From Amoebidium appalachense (taxonomy: Eukaryota; Protista; Ichthyosporea), in assembly GCA_963693365.1 (NCBI GenBank), contig CAVNZM010000006.1, positions 8,039,264-8,103,263 of the forward strand: a DNA stretch of 64,000 bases, written 5' to 3'. Numbering within the stretch: the stretch's first letter is position 1; every line of letters begins with the position of its first letter. A program made the position numbers and the translations under genes. The notes under the pieces are model-generated. The model saw only the letters and a program-made list of their open reading frames with translations, was not told the origin of the DNA and searched no databases. Shown in pieces: positions 1 to 64,000 of this stretch.

Positions 1-89
1 ATATAGTGCAGCCATTGCCTTCCTCAAACACCTCTGCATTGTAACCAGCACACTAACAACCTAAGCTAAGCGCTAACAGCGGTTCACAC

Positions 90-23910
<23,821 letters not shown>

Positions 23911-25148
23911 ATTTTTAGACGGCTTTTGGTTGGTTGTTGTCTTAGTAAACTGGATTTTCTCTCCCTTTTTATATCCCTTAATATCTTCTTATCGCATTCT
24001 CAAGCATGCTGCTGTCCATGTTTGTGCTGGTCTTTGTTGTGTCTTCCAATTATTTCCTGTTGTATTTGAGAAGATGGCTGAATTTCACTTAGTTTTTACC
24101 TTTTGAAAATTTTTCAGGTGTTTGGATGTGGGTGAGGTTTGCTGAGGATTCAGGCCCATATAGAACCCGTTGAATCTTTTGGATTCCTGATTTGGCGTGT
24201 TTACTTCTTTGCTTCTTTCTTTCTTTCCTTTTTTCTTTCTTGCTTTTTTTCTTGCGGGAGGAGGGTCGTCGATACTGGATCAGTCCACGATTGATCGTAG
24301 CTGGCACTTTTATGGTTACAAGGTTTAGAACTAAATGGCAACACAATATTGGCCAGCGTGGGTTCTTTCTTCTTTTCTTTTCTTCTTCTTCTTTTTCTTC
24401 TTCTTCTTCTGGTTGCTTCCTTCACCGCAACTCTTTTTCACGTCCCCTTAGTGTGACATCGTGAAAACTTTTTGTGTTTCTCAACACAATCTTTTTTCGC
24501 CCCCAGCTCATTTGTGTTTATCAACACAATCCTTTCTTTTTTTTTTTTTTTTTTTTTTTTTTTTGGCACCACAAACATCACTTTTCACCATGTGTTTGTC
24601 AACACAAACGAGAGCAAAACTACTTAACAATAAAACTAGATCAGAAGATATACATCGATATCCATGTGTTTTTCTTGTATCCTCGGAGCATCATTGACTC
24701 CAGCAACTGATGCCGTGACAACTTTTTGGCACCCGTTCCTCATCGAACTCATAAAGCTGGGCATGCGCATCACATGGCTAACGTACATCCCAACTGTCCT
24801 TTTCATATACGTCACAGGGCTAACGCACAGTCGGACACTTTTCATATGCATCTGCATTTATAAACAGCATAACCCCCCTGTTTCTCTTCAGTGTGTATTT
24901 GTACTTCCTACCGTGTTCCGCATTCTAACCCCTTCCTACCCCCCCCCCCCCCCCCCCCCGCCCATCTCGAAAATTCTATTTTTATCTTTCTATTTTAAGT
25001 AACACCCCTACATTTTGGTAGCATCAATATCCTTAGGTGTTCCAGAGGGCCGTGCCCCTCCCCGCCCATGGCACAAGTATGAGTATGGGTATCTGATGTA
25101 GGACATTGTTCTTGCCCCGCCCCCCTCCCCCCCGAGTCACCCCGCTCA

Positions 25149-26062
25149 TAGCCCCAAATTTCGGCCCCGCCAGCGGCTCAATCGCGAATGTTTGCGAAAT
25201 CGTAATGACGTCATCAGAAGATTTTTTTATCCGGCCTCACAGGGATTCAATTAGAGCCCATTTCGTTAAACAATACGCTGCTTAAAAGTCGCTTAAAATG
25301 TTTTAAATTAAATATCGATTCATTTTATCACACGCGGCGTCCACTGCCCAAAATGATGTTGGATCCCTCACTGGTTCTTTTTTTATTTATTTATTCTTTC
25401 TATATTTACGCCGTAAAATGATTCATTATTATTTGTAACTATATAGACAATTAATCGCGTTTTCAGTGCCAATAACCTGAAAACTACAAAAAACAGCTAT
25501 TTCCGTAGTTTACAACAGAAAGCATTTGCCCCCCATCAAAATAGCCAGGTTTACATTGGCTAGCTAGATGCCTGAAAAGAAACGGGTGAAAAAGCATATG
25601 GCCCTCATCAATATTGCCAGGTTTACATCAATATTGGCTAGATTTAGATCTAGAATTTTTCGGGATCAAATTTTATGGCGACAATCAACTCAGCCAATGA
25701 GAATCTGCGATGGCTTTCAATTAGGACCGCCGTGAGGCCCCACCAGCGGCGGACAAAAAATCTTCTGATGACGTCATTCCGATTGCCTCTGCTTACCCAT
25801 AATATGTAATAGGGGTGTCATATACTACGATGGCGCTCATTGTTGCCTAGCATGTACATATATATGTGGGGTTTACGCTGTTTACTCGAGGCAAAGAGAA
25901 CCAGTCTCAGGTATGGGGGGGGGGTTTTTGCTCGGAATATCCCCTCAGCGGTATATCATGATCACGTACATAGATGTCGGGTGGTGACTATATATCAGGG
26001 TTTACTTTCTCTACGAGACACCATAAAGACTACAAGGAGAAATCAATTAGTTGGGGTTCCCC

Positions 26063-26113
<51 letters not shown>

Positions 26114-26263
26114 TATGTCACTGGCTGCATTTGATTGGCTGTGCTGGAAAACGCAGTAGGCCGTCGAATGTGGCTGGGCCTCCGGCAGTGTCCACGCAAT
26201 AAAAAGTGTGTAAACCCGCAACATTCGCGATCGAGCCGCTGGCGGGGCCGAAATTTGGGGCTA
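25149..26263. mobile_element. Non-autonomous TIR DNA element (MITE-like) with a second internal inverted-repeat pair
   Basis: ~47-bp TIRs: TAGCCCCAAATTTCGGCCCCGCCAGCGGCTCAATCGCGAATGTTTGCG (25149-25196) and its reverse complement at 26217-26263 (1 mismatch, 1 indel). Inner IR 25198-25233 / 25748-25784. No transposase ORF. Confidence 0.8.
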
Positions 26264-26528
26264 CATACCCCGCTCAACAAAAATTGATAACCCTGGATCT
26301 ATGATGCGTGTTTTACCAATAAAATTACTGCTCTTACGTAAGGGTAAGAGGAATGATTGGCTTGAAACAGCATCATGACGTCACAGGAGACATCAACTTA
26401 GTGCGGCGGCGAAGTCAGTGTTATCAAACAGGCAGACTCAGAGTAGAGAGGGGGAAAGGCCGTTTTGAAGTGTGATGTTTTTCGTTTCATAGCACATTCC
26501 AAGCAAGACTAAGAGAAACACATACATC

Positions 26529-28900
<2,372 letters not shown>

Positions 28901-29494
28901 GAAAACCGGTGTTTTTACGATGGTATTTTTCGAGCGGTGAGGCGTTGTGCGAGTTATGGGCATCAACCGGAAAAACAAGGGAAGGAAAGAAATAAACGGG
29001 GAGAAAATAGAAACCCAGTGTTTTTCGATGGTATTTTCGAAGTTGATTGGTGCAGTTATGTGCACGTGTGTTGTAAGGCGTTGGCTAGATCTGGCGCCAA
29101 CTTGAAAAGAAGTGAAACAAGGGGAGAAACTAGAAAGCCGGTGTTTTTCGATGGCATTTTCGATGTGGAATTGTGCAGTTGTTCCTTGGTTCGCGTCTTT
29201 ACAAGGATGTGTTTGGGTTTGTATTCGTTCTGTGCAGTTTCGAATAGGGGTTTGGGATTGATGAAACATGATATATGTGAATAAAACGAGATTCTGAAGA
29301 CATTAGTTGTTGATTTTGGGATTTCGTTTAACCGCATATTGAGCCATGCTAGCATGTTTGGAAGAGTGAGGCGGTGTTTTGCTTATGTACAGGCCCTGAG
29401 GTTTTGGAGGTTTTCCTTTTCTTGTCTTTTCTTTTCTTTTCTTCCTGCCCCCCCCCCCCCCCCCCCCCCCCCCCATATATTGAAATCTTTAAGA

Positions 29495-29525
<31 letters not shown>

Positions 29526-29529
29526 ACAC

Positions 29530-29587
<58 letters not shown>

Positions 29588-29916
29588 ACACACATACCAA
29601 ACACACACACGCTTACACACACACATACACACACTCGCACACATGCACTTTCACCCATCCAACGCAGAAACGCACAACCGTGCAATGTACACGCATGCGC
29701 GTGCACACACACAGACACACACTGTTGTACCTTAAATTATTCTTGACTCTTGATGTTACCTTTCTGTTTTCATCACCCCTACTACTTGGCTATATATATA
29801 TAGCATGGACAATTATAATAAATGAGTACATATATGCATCTGAAACATGCAAATGGTTGAATCGAGAGTCCCCCCCCCCCTCCCCCCCCCCCCCCCCCTT
29901 CTCCCCCCTTTCCCCC

Positions 29917-29981
<65 letters not shown>

Positions 29982-30284
29982 CATGCGCTAAAAAGTACGA
30001 ACTTCAAATACATACCGCAATATAGTGCAGATTTGCAAAGCTTAGCCCAGCACACCGTGAATATTTCTGCCCGTCCGGATCCTCTTAGCTATATATTATT
30101 AGTTGTACTACATATAGTCTACATAATTATTCACCGTACCCCAATATCGACCCGTATAATAATTATTCACCTGATAGCACACCAAACATGTACAACCCGG
30201 CCCACGTATGCGTGCAACATAGTGGGCATCATCTGATAATTGACAGGCATACTGGTGAGCCGCGTCGACGGTCACCATGCGCGC

Positions 30285-30659
30285 ACGCATTCTAATAACG
30301 GGGGGGAGGGGGGGGGGGGGGGGGGGGGGGAGGGGGGGGGGGTAACATGCATTCTACATCATAGGGAGGAAGGAGGGGGCAGCTGAGGGGGGGGGGGGGG
30401 GGGGGGGGGGCACATGCTTTCTAGTGGCAGAAGGGAGAGCTCGAGGGAGGCAGGGGGAGGGGTGGGGTGGGGTGGGGGGGGGGGGGGGGGGGGGGGGGTG
30501 GGGAGGGGGGGGCACATGCATTGCATTCTAGTGGCGGGAGGGTGGGGAGGGGGGGGGGGCACATGCATTTTAGATTCAGAAGGGAGGAAGGGGGGGAGGG
30601 GGGGGAGGGGGCCGGGCACATGCATTCTAGATTCAGAAGGGAGCCTCCGGGGGGTGGGA

Positions 30660-30701
<42 letters not shown>

Positions 30702-30808
30702 TGCATTCTAGATTCAGAAGGGAGAGTGAGGCAGGGGGATGGGAGGGGGAGGGGAGGGAGGGGGCACATGCATTCTAGATTAATTCAGAAAGGATTCAGG
30801 GAGGGGGG

Positions 30809-30844
<36 letters not shown>

Positions 30845-30870
30845 TGTATTCAATACTTTAGAAGGGGGAA
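30285..30870. repeat. Array of ~27-bp motifs separated by G-rich tracts
   Basis: GCACATGCATTCTAGATTCAGAAGGGA and variants, about 8 copies. Confidence 0.85.
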
Positions 30871-30881
30871 GGGGGCGGGCG

Positions 30882-30923
<42 letters not shown>

Positions 30924-32153
30924 GATCACTGACAGAGTGACCGTATACATGCGGCGTCACGGTGTTCCTGGACCAGAATTCTTGATATCAGGGGGGGGGG
31001 TACGTGGGCCATGAGTGGCTGAACAGCACAAGGCGGTCTCCAACAAAATGAACAGTGTACATGTAAAGAGAAGCAATAAAAAGTGGAAACTTCCTGAATA
31101 TTTCCGGATTAATATTAAAGAACCCCAAAAACGTAGGAATATCCCATGCAATCCTCAAAAATATTAATTCGCAAAAAGCCTTTAATAAAACTCAAAAAAA
31201 AAAGTAGGAATATGCCTTCGTGAAAGCCCCCTTGATCCGATCACGTGCAATGACGTACCGGTGCCAGCCTGTGGCCAACACCGGTGGCCACCCACACGTG
31301 TACAGTGTATACACGTGCACACAGCATCACCAGAGATCAAACCGCTATATAGAGATCAATCCCCCCAACATGTATGACGTAAGCTCATCTACCCCCCCCC
31401 CCCCCCCCCTCTCTGCCCGGGGTCCCACCGACACATGTACAATCAGCCACACCAACACCCCCGCGCTTCCACACATATACACTTACCCCCCCTCCAACAC
31501 ACACACACACACACCTACGCTGTACAATCAGCCACACCAACACCCTTGCAAACAACCGCGCTACACACACGTGCAGTGCTTGGATGGAGCTCACTACACA
31601 AACATGTAAGTGCATGGGGACGAGAGATTTTTACTCATCAAACAAGGCACACAGTACCCTGGGTCGAAACATCCTCAAAACGTGGCCCATACCAACACCC
31701 TCATTCGGTCACTGCATGCATCCATACGTCCACACGTGTGTGTGTGTTTGTGTGTGGCATTCACTCTTGCCAACTATACACCGGTGTTGGTTCAACCGGA
31801 TTGAGATTAAAAATAATGACTGTGTACAATTTACGGTGTTTCATTCCATAGTGCTTCGTCCTATCAAATTCACATCTAACACAACCAAAAATCTATTGCA
31901 AAATCCGACTTTCCCCGGGACAAACCTGGGGGCTGCTAATCTATAGGAAAACTATGATGAAAGTCGTTGTTCACAAGAAGAATCCATTAGAAACGGTGCT
32001 TTACATTTAAATTAAAGTAGGATTTTCACAAATTTGCAGATATTTCGCTCTTCTACCTGCGAGGCCCGCAGGTGCTTGCACAACGTCGGAGGGAGGGAGG
32101 GGGATTTTCGAAAGAAAAAAATACCAGGGTGATGTGAAATTTCACATTAATTT

Positions 32154-33746
32154 CTATGCTACCCCCTTGAAATTTTTGTCCCCGACCCCGTCATCCACCT
32201 CCTGTGGTGCAGCAACTTGCACCGCATCGTCATGGGGGGGTTGGTAATCGTCAACCTCAGACCCCCTCGTGCGCGAAAATCCGCACACATTCTGCAAGAA
32301 GTACTCCACACCAACGCCGATGAGCAGCCCCCCGATGCTCGCACATGGGGCCAGAATGAAGAACCGATAATCGTACATATTACCATAGAAAGCATACACA
32401 ATCCCATCCTTAAAGTTCCACTCGGCAAAGGACATACCATATAAGGTGATTGCCACCACAGCGCTCAAGAATCCACCGACAAGACCAAGCACCGAAACGT
32501 ACTTCTTCACCGCACCCCCAAGGAGACCGGCCGAAACGGGAATGAAGACGCATGCGACGAGCATGTTCGTGACGAGGAAAAGAGACAAAACGCTATCGAC
32601 CAACCCCAATGACGCCACCACCATGAGGGGTACGTTGACGACAACAACGCAAACGCGCGACCAGAGAACGGGTTTGTTCTTGAGGAAGGTCGAGGTGAGC
32701 GTGGCGTTGATCCCATTCTGCAAGGAATCGATCGCCCCCTCACTCATGATTGCGGCGCATGCCATGGTCAAAACACCCATCCACGTGTTCACTGTTCCGT
32801 CACCGCCATCGTTGAACAGCGCAAACCAGTAGAGGTTGGGGTTGGTGTTTTCAGTCACGAGACCTGCCCAGGTGGCGAGGAAACCGCCGAAACCGAAGAA
32901 GAAAACAACGAGGATTGTCGCAAAACATCCGACGGTGGCGCCAAAGTAGAGCGCCTGCTTGTCCTGGGATGCCCACACACGCTGCCACATTGCCTCACTG
33001 CACATAGTCGCCGAAAGAAGAGAAATTGGCATACTGACAATCGAGGAATAGCCGTAAAGAGTAAAGCCCTTCTGGTCATTGGTGAGTGGCGTGGGAAGAT
33101 CATAACGGAAGTCCACCGCCAAATAAATCACCATGGCGATGACCAGAGCGACGCCAACGAGTGATTGGACGCGGTCGGTGATGATAGACACAGCCAGCCC
33201 TCCATAGACCGTGTATGACATAGTTAGAATCCCCTGCGTGGCGATGATGCCCCACGCGACAGACCCGACATAGTCCTTGAACAGAGACCCTATGGTAACG
33301 TATTCGGCCAGCAGAGCTACGCCCATGTTGAATAGGATGCAACCCGTAAGAAGAGCCTGGCCCACGTATCCAAAACGGAAACGTGTATAGTCCGTGAACG
33401 AAAGAACCGCCGGCATCTCCGCTGTTATCATTTGCCCGAAAAAGGCAATGAAGAGGATGGGAAACCCAGAGGCGATTGAATACATGGCCAAACCCAAAAG
33501 GCCGGAATAGGATGCATAGGAGGCTGGGCCGACAATCACCCACGAACCGACGGCGCCGGCGTAGAAACTCCATGCTATCATCCACTTGTTTTGGGTTCCC
33601 CTTGCTGTGATGAACTCCTCGACTTTCATCCCCTCGGCGCGCTTGCGAGCCTGCATCCATGTTATTGTCAAGGCGTACGCCGCAAAGGCGAAGATAAGGG
33701 TGAAGACCACCACGTAGGAGGCGATAAGGTAGTTGTTGGAAGTCAT
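32154..33746 (-). CDS. Sodium:solute symporter family (SSS/SLC5-like) transporter, DUR3/DUR31-like, intronless, 530 aa
   Basis: Single uninterrupted ORF with about 13 hydrophobic segments and SSS-type motifs (EEFITARG, ..TRFRFG, YTVYGGLAVSIITDRVQ, WQRVWAS, AIMSEGAIDS). Substrate cannot be determined from sequence. Confidence 0.9.
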   Translation of the reverse strand: MTSNNYLIASYVVVFTLIFAFAAYALTITWMQARKRAEGMKVEEFITARGTQNKWMIAWSFYAGAVGSWVIVGPASYASYSGLLGLAMYSIASGFPILFIAFFGQMITAEMPAVLSFTDYTRFRFGYVGQALLTGCILFNMGVALLAEYVTIGSLFKDYVGSVAWGIIATQGILTMSYTVYGGLAVSIITDRVQSLVGVALVIAMVIYLAVDFRYDLPTPLTNDQKGFTLYGYSSIVSMPISLLSATMCSEAMWQRVWASQDKQALYFGATVGCFATILVVFFFGFGGFLATWAGLVTENTNPNLYWFALFNDGGDGTVNTWMGVLTMACAAIMSEGAIDSLQNGINATLTSTFLKNKPVLWSRVCVVVVNVPLMVVASLGLVDSVLSLFLVTNMLVACVFIPVSAGLLGGAVKKYVSVLGLVGGFLSAVVAITLYGMSFAEWNFKDGIVYAFYGNMYDYRFFILAPCASIGGLLIGVGVEYFLQNVCGFSRTRGSEVDDYQPPHDDAVQVAAPQEVDDGVGDKNFKGVA

Positions 33747-35353
33747 TTTGACTGGTCTTTGGAAAGATCTCCTGTGGTGATTTCCAGTGAAGTAAATGCG
33801 TGGGTGAACGGTCGCTTTTCACCCGTAGCTGCGAGGTAAAAGCGACAAAGCCACCCGCTAGCCAAAATGTGATGCACATGTGAGAGTGGTGGCGTTTATA
33901 TACCAGCGATCAATGATTTCTGATTGGATGAGGGGGGGTAAATTGGTGCGTCCTCTGTGTCAGGCAGCTCCTACATACAACAGAAGTTGAAGTCTACAGC
34001 TCTGCATTTGCAAATTTGGGGATAACTCTCTTTAAACATTTTAAATATAATAAAATAACGTATTTACTCTAATAATCGCGCTTTCTCTTTTATATCGATA
34101 AATCGATTTTCAAAGTCTCTTGAATCATTCTCGCCCTTTGACCACATGTACTCTTCGATCCTACTGTCCTACATTATGATTGGTTTTGGCAAGGCCATGT
34201 GCCGGAAAACGAAAGCACAAATGACGTTGGACACCAAGCATAGAGAAAGTAAAAATATAACATCAAGTAAATGTATGTTTATCTTTTATTGCACGTCTCT
34301 AAAATACGCTAGCATAACTTCATCAACAATTGCTTGGTGTGTCGGAAATAGCTAAATGGGGAATCGATTATCCAGCTAATCACGCACAACAAGACATATC
34401 ATTGGTTGCTTATCATACACCTGCTTCTTCCACGTTATGACGTTAAAAATAGCCTGGCCTGGCCGAGGCTGCAGGCTGCAGCTGGGCTAATTCATAAATA
34501 AAGCGAATAGTCTATAGCAATCTATGCATCGCCACATGCGCTTGCATGCATGAATGAAATGTTTAGCTCGCACGCATGAAAGTATGAATGATTTCCTGAC
34601 ATTCTACTATAATTATTTAATTAGTATGTACAGTGAATATCATTGATTCATACATGATGCATGCCTGCCATACTAGCCAATCGGAAATGAGGGCAGGTGA
34701 CGTGTTTGATTGGCGGCCTTGGAACAAAACAAACGGACGCGTGCGCCGCCGCCGCCGCCGAAAACTCACGAACACAGCATGCATATGCAAGACGTGCATA
34801 TTGCATGCACTTGGGGAAAGGGATATTTGCAATCCGCAACTATACTATGGCATAGGCCTATAGTGAAATAAGTATCAATAGGCTCCACTTTCGTCTATTC
34901 TATTCTATTTTCGCCCTCCACACGAGCCGTCACACCGTTCATGATGATCTGAATATGATACAGTGTCACATGATCAACTGAGCTCGCTCGAGCGTAGTAG
35001 TAGTAATACCATATATCACATGTACACGCCGATGTGCACGTTTTCAAATCGGCGTTTTTTTTCCTTTTTTTTTTTTTTTTTTTTTTTTCGGCCCGCACCC
35101 CCAGTGCCCCCCACACCGACACCTTTCACGTGCACTGCACATGTTCAAACATGTCACGCGGGGGGCCCCCAGCTAGTGTGCTGCATGCGTGCATACGAGT
35201 AGACTCCCCGCCCATCATTTCCTGCGCTACTCAGAAACCACATAAGAGCCTAAATAGAATTAAGAGAGCTAGAGAGAGAGAGAGAGAGGGGGGGGGGGGG
35301 AGGGAGGGGGAGGAGAGAGAGGGGGGGGGAGAGGGGGAGAGGGGGGGGGGGGG

Positions 35354-35389
<36 letters not shown>

Positions 35390-35469
35390 GAGACTTATAA
35401 GAGAGAGGGGGGAGAGAGAGAGAGAGAGAGGGAGAGAGAGGGGGGGGGGGGGGAGAGAGGGAGAGAGAT

Positions 35470-35524
<55 letters not shown>

Positions 35525-35542
35525 GGAGGGGGAGAGAGAGGG

Positions 35543-35669
<127 letters not shown>

Positions 35670-35791
35670 ATCAGAAAGAGTGACCACAGACACGCACCCA
35701 CACACACCACACACACACACCCACACCAACCCACACACACACGCACACACGCACACACACACCGCCACATCGCGACATCATAATATGCGCG

Positions 35792-35867
<76 letters not shown>

Positions 35868-36698
35868 GCATCGCAGCTAGCTTCTAGCAAAGCTTTCCCA
35901 CAAAACCGTCAAAGCTAACAATAGTTATTATATAATATAGTAAGCCACCACCGGTACCATCAACAATTACTAGATGTGTACACCCCAGGTAAGTATAATA
36001 ATAATTTACCATTTATTATATGGATTCCCGTATACATAAGAGCACGTTCCAGCCTGGGATATCCTTGAATATACATAAAAATAAAAAAGTAGGAATGTAG
36101 TAGACAAAGAGCCATGTAAGAATAAAACTGGGCATCGATATCAAGTCCTGTTACTATTACTACATAATAGATGCGGTTGGGATACCGCACCAGTATATCC
36201 TCTGGAAAAGAGGATATTCAATTTATTGCTCTGGGATATGTAGGGACATACGTGGATGATATTCCAATACGACACATGTGGGATATTATCCTACTATGTA
36301 TTCGATTCTTCTTGTACATGAAAACTGGGTAGCCGGTTTGGTTATACACCTAGGGTAGTAAGTACCCTTCAACTTGAAGGTGATATCCAAGTAATATACC
36401 AATTTGGTAGAAACAGTTTAGTAAGCTTCCCCCCCCCCCCCCCCCCCCCCCCCCCCCTTCCCCTCATCTCTTCCTCCCCAAACACACACACCGTCCCCCC
36501 CTCCACCCCCCCCCCCCCCCCAACAACCCCGGACACACACACACCGTCCCACTACACACAAAATAAGAAAAAAAAATACTCTAAAAAAAAAATAAAAAAA
36601 AATGAGAAAACGAAAGTTGGTGGTGGTAGGACAAGTGCTGGGGGAGGGAAGATAAGAGGCTAAGATCATCATTTCGACTTGAAGTTATCATTCGTGGG

Positions 36699-58043
<21,345 letters not shown>

Positions 58044-58616
58044 CTTCTCCGTCCAGAGATACGGGGTGGTGGGAAAAAACGTCACCACACCTGCTTGATT
58101 TAAGATTCCGAAGGTAGGGAGGAGGACGGGTAGGCGGAGGGAGGGAGGGAGGAGGGGGGGGGGGGGGGGGGGGGAAGGACGGGGGGAGGGGGTGGGGGGT
58201 GGGGGCGAGGATTTAGGTGGTGTGCCGGAGAGTAGGTGTGGGAAAACACCAAAAACGTGTGTGTGTGGGGGGGGGGGGGGGGGGGGGGGGTGAGTCCATT
58301 AAGTGGTACTAAACCCCATACCTCGTCCCCTCACCCCTGCCCCCTCCTGTCCACTCCCTCCCCTCCCCCCCCCCCCCCCCCCCTCTCTCGCTCACTCTCT
58401 CTCTCCCTCCCTCCCCCCCCTCCCTCTCACTCACTCAATCCCTCCATATACATATACATTCTCTGTTCCCCCTCTTCTTCTCTCCGCCCCTCTCATTATT
58501 TGTCATTCATCTCACCCGCATCCGTATCCGCCACACAGAGAGAAACGTAGATCCACGGAACCCATGGCTGCTCCAAGCACCCCGTTCTGTACAAGCATCC
58601 AAATTTACACCAAGGG

Positions 58617-58693
<77 letters not shown>

Positions 58694-60074
58694 AGACTTT
58701 ACAACAGACTCCCAACACACCCTTTACCAAAAACATAATGGTACGGATTCTACGTTTACACAGGCCTAGTGTCTCTCTCCCTTTCTCCCCCCCCCCCCCC
58801 CCCCCCCTTACTTTATTTGGCTGATGTGGCTGAGAGAAATAAATGAATATTAAGGAGCGAGGGGTGTGGGGGTGAATCAAGGGGGCGCAGGCAGGGAAAG
58901 GGGGGGGGGGGGGGGGGGGGGGGGAGGGGAGGGGGGGGGGGGGGGGGGGGGGAGAGGGGCGGAGGGGGGTTGTAAGACACAAAGAGATTACAAACATTGT
59001 TGTATACATCATACCTTATTCAAAAACCGTCCGTCCCCGGTTTCTGGTGTCACAGACCAGAACAGCAAAGTCCATCTGCATCCATACTCTATATTTCCAC
59101 CCGGTATACCAATAAACTGAAGCGTTGTTGACCTAACATGCTTGGAGATCGGTTGAAGACTAACAGCCAACTACCTAAGGTTGTTTTGTATGGATCCGTG
59201 TTGCTTGGGAGCAGGATCCGTTTAAAATTTAGCGCGTGCTGGGTCGATAGTGAGACCTACTGGCAGAAATTACTACTGTCACATGTATAATAGGCTTCTT
59301 CTCAAGTGTTTAGAGAAGAAATGTGTGGATCTGACTCAAGAATTTGTGTGTTCGAGAAAACCTTGTCACGATGATCCTAAATAGATGTACCATGACAAGT
59401 CTTGGTGTTATGCACTCGGTAACTGGTGTATAGCAAGCCTATACATACAACGCCGTATCAACAGCAGTTACAAAATGAAGAAGGCCACGGAGTCTATGCT
59501 TTGAAATTGCTTTTGTTGAAAACATGGAGGCCCTGAAAAACTACGGCGTAATGCGGAGTGGAAACACTTGGAAAGCTTGTCTGGCGTCTTTTTCTGGGCC
59601 AGGAAAAAACGCAACATTTTTCTGGTATGCGATTTGCGTAAATAGGAGCTGGAAGCCAATCAAAATAAATCAAATATAGCCAAATAGATAAAACAACCTC
59701 TAGGTCATTGGCTAGCTAAGAAAACAGAAGGCGAAATATGATTGGTTTACCTATAAGGGTTGCGTAGCCACCCCAACCACCGCGAACGTACACCAATCAT
59801 TGCGCAAGCACTATAGCCATATTTGACTATTGCAAGATCTATTATCAGCCTCCCACCAGGCGTTGAAAAACGGCGACTCTTCGAAACTTTCTGCACTCGC
59901 AACTTTTGAAACTTACAGTTTTCTTGAACTGAGCTCTGTGCGACTTGAACATAGTGTATGGGTGTATGTTTTTGTGGGGAAGAAGTAGGGAATAACACGG
60001 TGTCACGCACAGCTTCTGCATATGCTATTACAGCGGCAAAGAAAGCTGCATCCGTGACAGGAATAACATCAGAA

Positions 60075-63456
<3,382 letters not shown>

Positions 63457-64000
63457 CGTAAGGGTGCGGAGGGGGGGTTTTTGTGATTGGAAATAGGTGA
63501 TGAGTGAAGGGGAAGGGGCGGGGGTTTGTAAAAGGGAAGGCGGGGATTGTAGGGGGGAAGGGGTGGGGGGGGTGGGGGGTTCTTTGTGATGGGAAAGGCG
63601 AGTGAGATTTCCTCCCCTTCCCCTTCCCTTCCCCTCCTCCCCTTAAATTTTTTTTTCCCTTTTTTTTCCTGTTGCTTTGGTTCATTTGCGTTGAGATTGG
63701 TGCTTCTGCTCACCCGCAGCCGCCGCCACTTTTCCCTCTCCTCCTCTCCCTCTCTCTCTCCCTGTTCTTTCTTCCTTTTTTTTTTTTGTTTTCCCTAGGG
63801 GAGGGAGGTGAGGGGAGGGGGAGGGGGGGGGGGGGGTAAAATCCGATCAATGCGGGAATATGTTGAACTCTCACAACCAATCATCTTTGCCAATGCAAAT
63901 CTGTTGGTATTTTAACAGTGCCATGTGTGTGTGTTGAACACTGAGATTTCTGTGGAGTGGATGAGAGGTATATTAGGATGGTGGTGGTGTGGGGGGGGGG

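Noticed and set aside
24664-25002. 112-aa ORF upstream of a subfamily B 3' stub, possible retroelement coding remnant
   Set aside because: No recognisable RT or endonuclease motif and no splice support; cannot be assessed without a search.
30285-30870. CRISPR-like repeat-spacer appearance
   Set aside because: Spacers are G-rich tracts of variable length, the repeats are degenerate, there are no cas genes and the context is eukaryotic.
59958-60074. Upstream in-frame ATG extending the Flower-like protein
   Set aside because: The extension has no family similarity; ATG 60075 gives a typical length. Not excluded without transcript data.

Overview
Eukaryotic, intron-dense DNA whose introns are filled with poly(C)/poly(G), (CA)n/(TG)n and (CT)n tracts, so almost all ORF-track entries are low-complexity artefacts. 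Splicing exons by hand gives five protein genes: a 28-exon BRPF1/peregrin-like chromatin scaffold (+, 90-23910), SRP19 (+, 2 exons), an intronless sodium:solute symporter (-), a 20-exon dymeclin (-, 58043-36699) and a Flower/TVP18-family membrane protein (+, 4 exons). There are also two identical intronic tRNA-Asp(GTC) genes and a TIR element (MITE-like). The animal-like proteins together with this intron style suggest a unicellular holozoan or similar protist (inference only). The main discovery candidate is a dispersed set of 5'-truncated repeats anchored on poly(C), in at least three subfamilies. The two best-preserved subfamilies share a covarying ~160-nt RNA fold that holds the full hammerhead catalytic core (GUH, GAAA, CUGANGA) in a strand order matching none of the type I/II/III permutations. 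This may be a pseudoknotted hammerhead carried by a Penelope-like retroelement. Homopolymer lengths and single-base frameshifts may be assembly errors. All homology calls are from recalled motifs; no database search was run.
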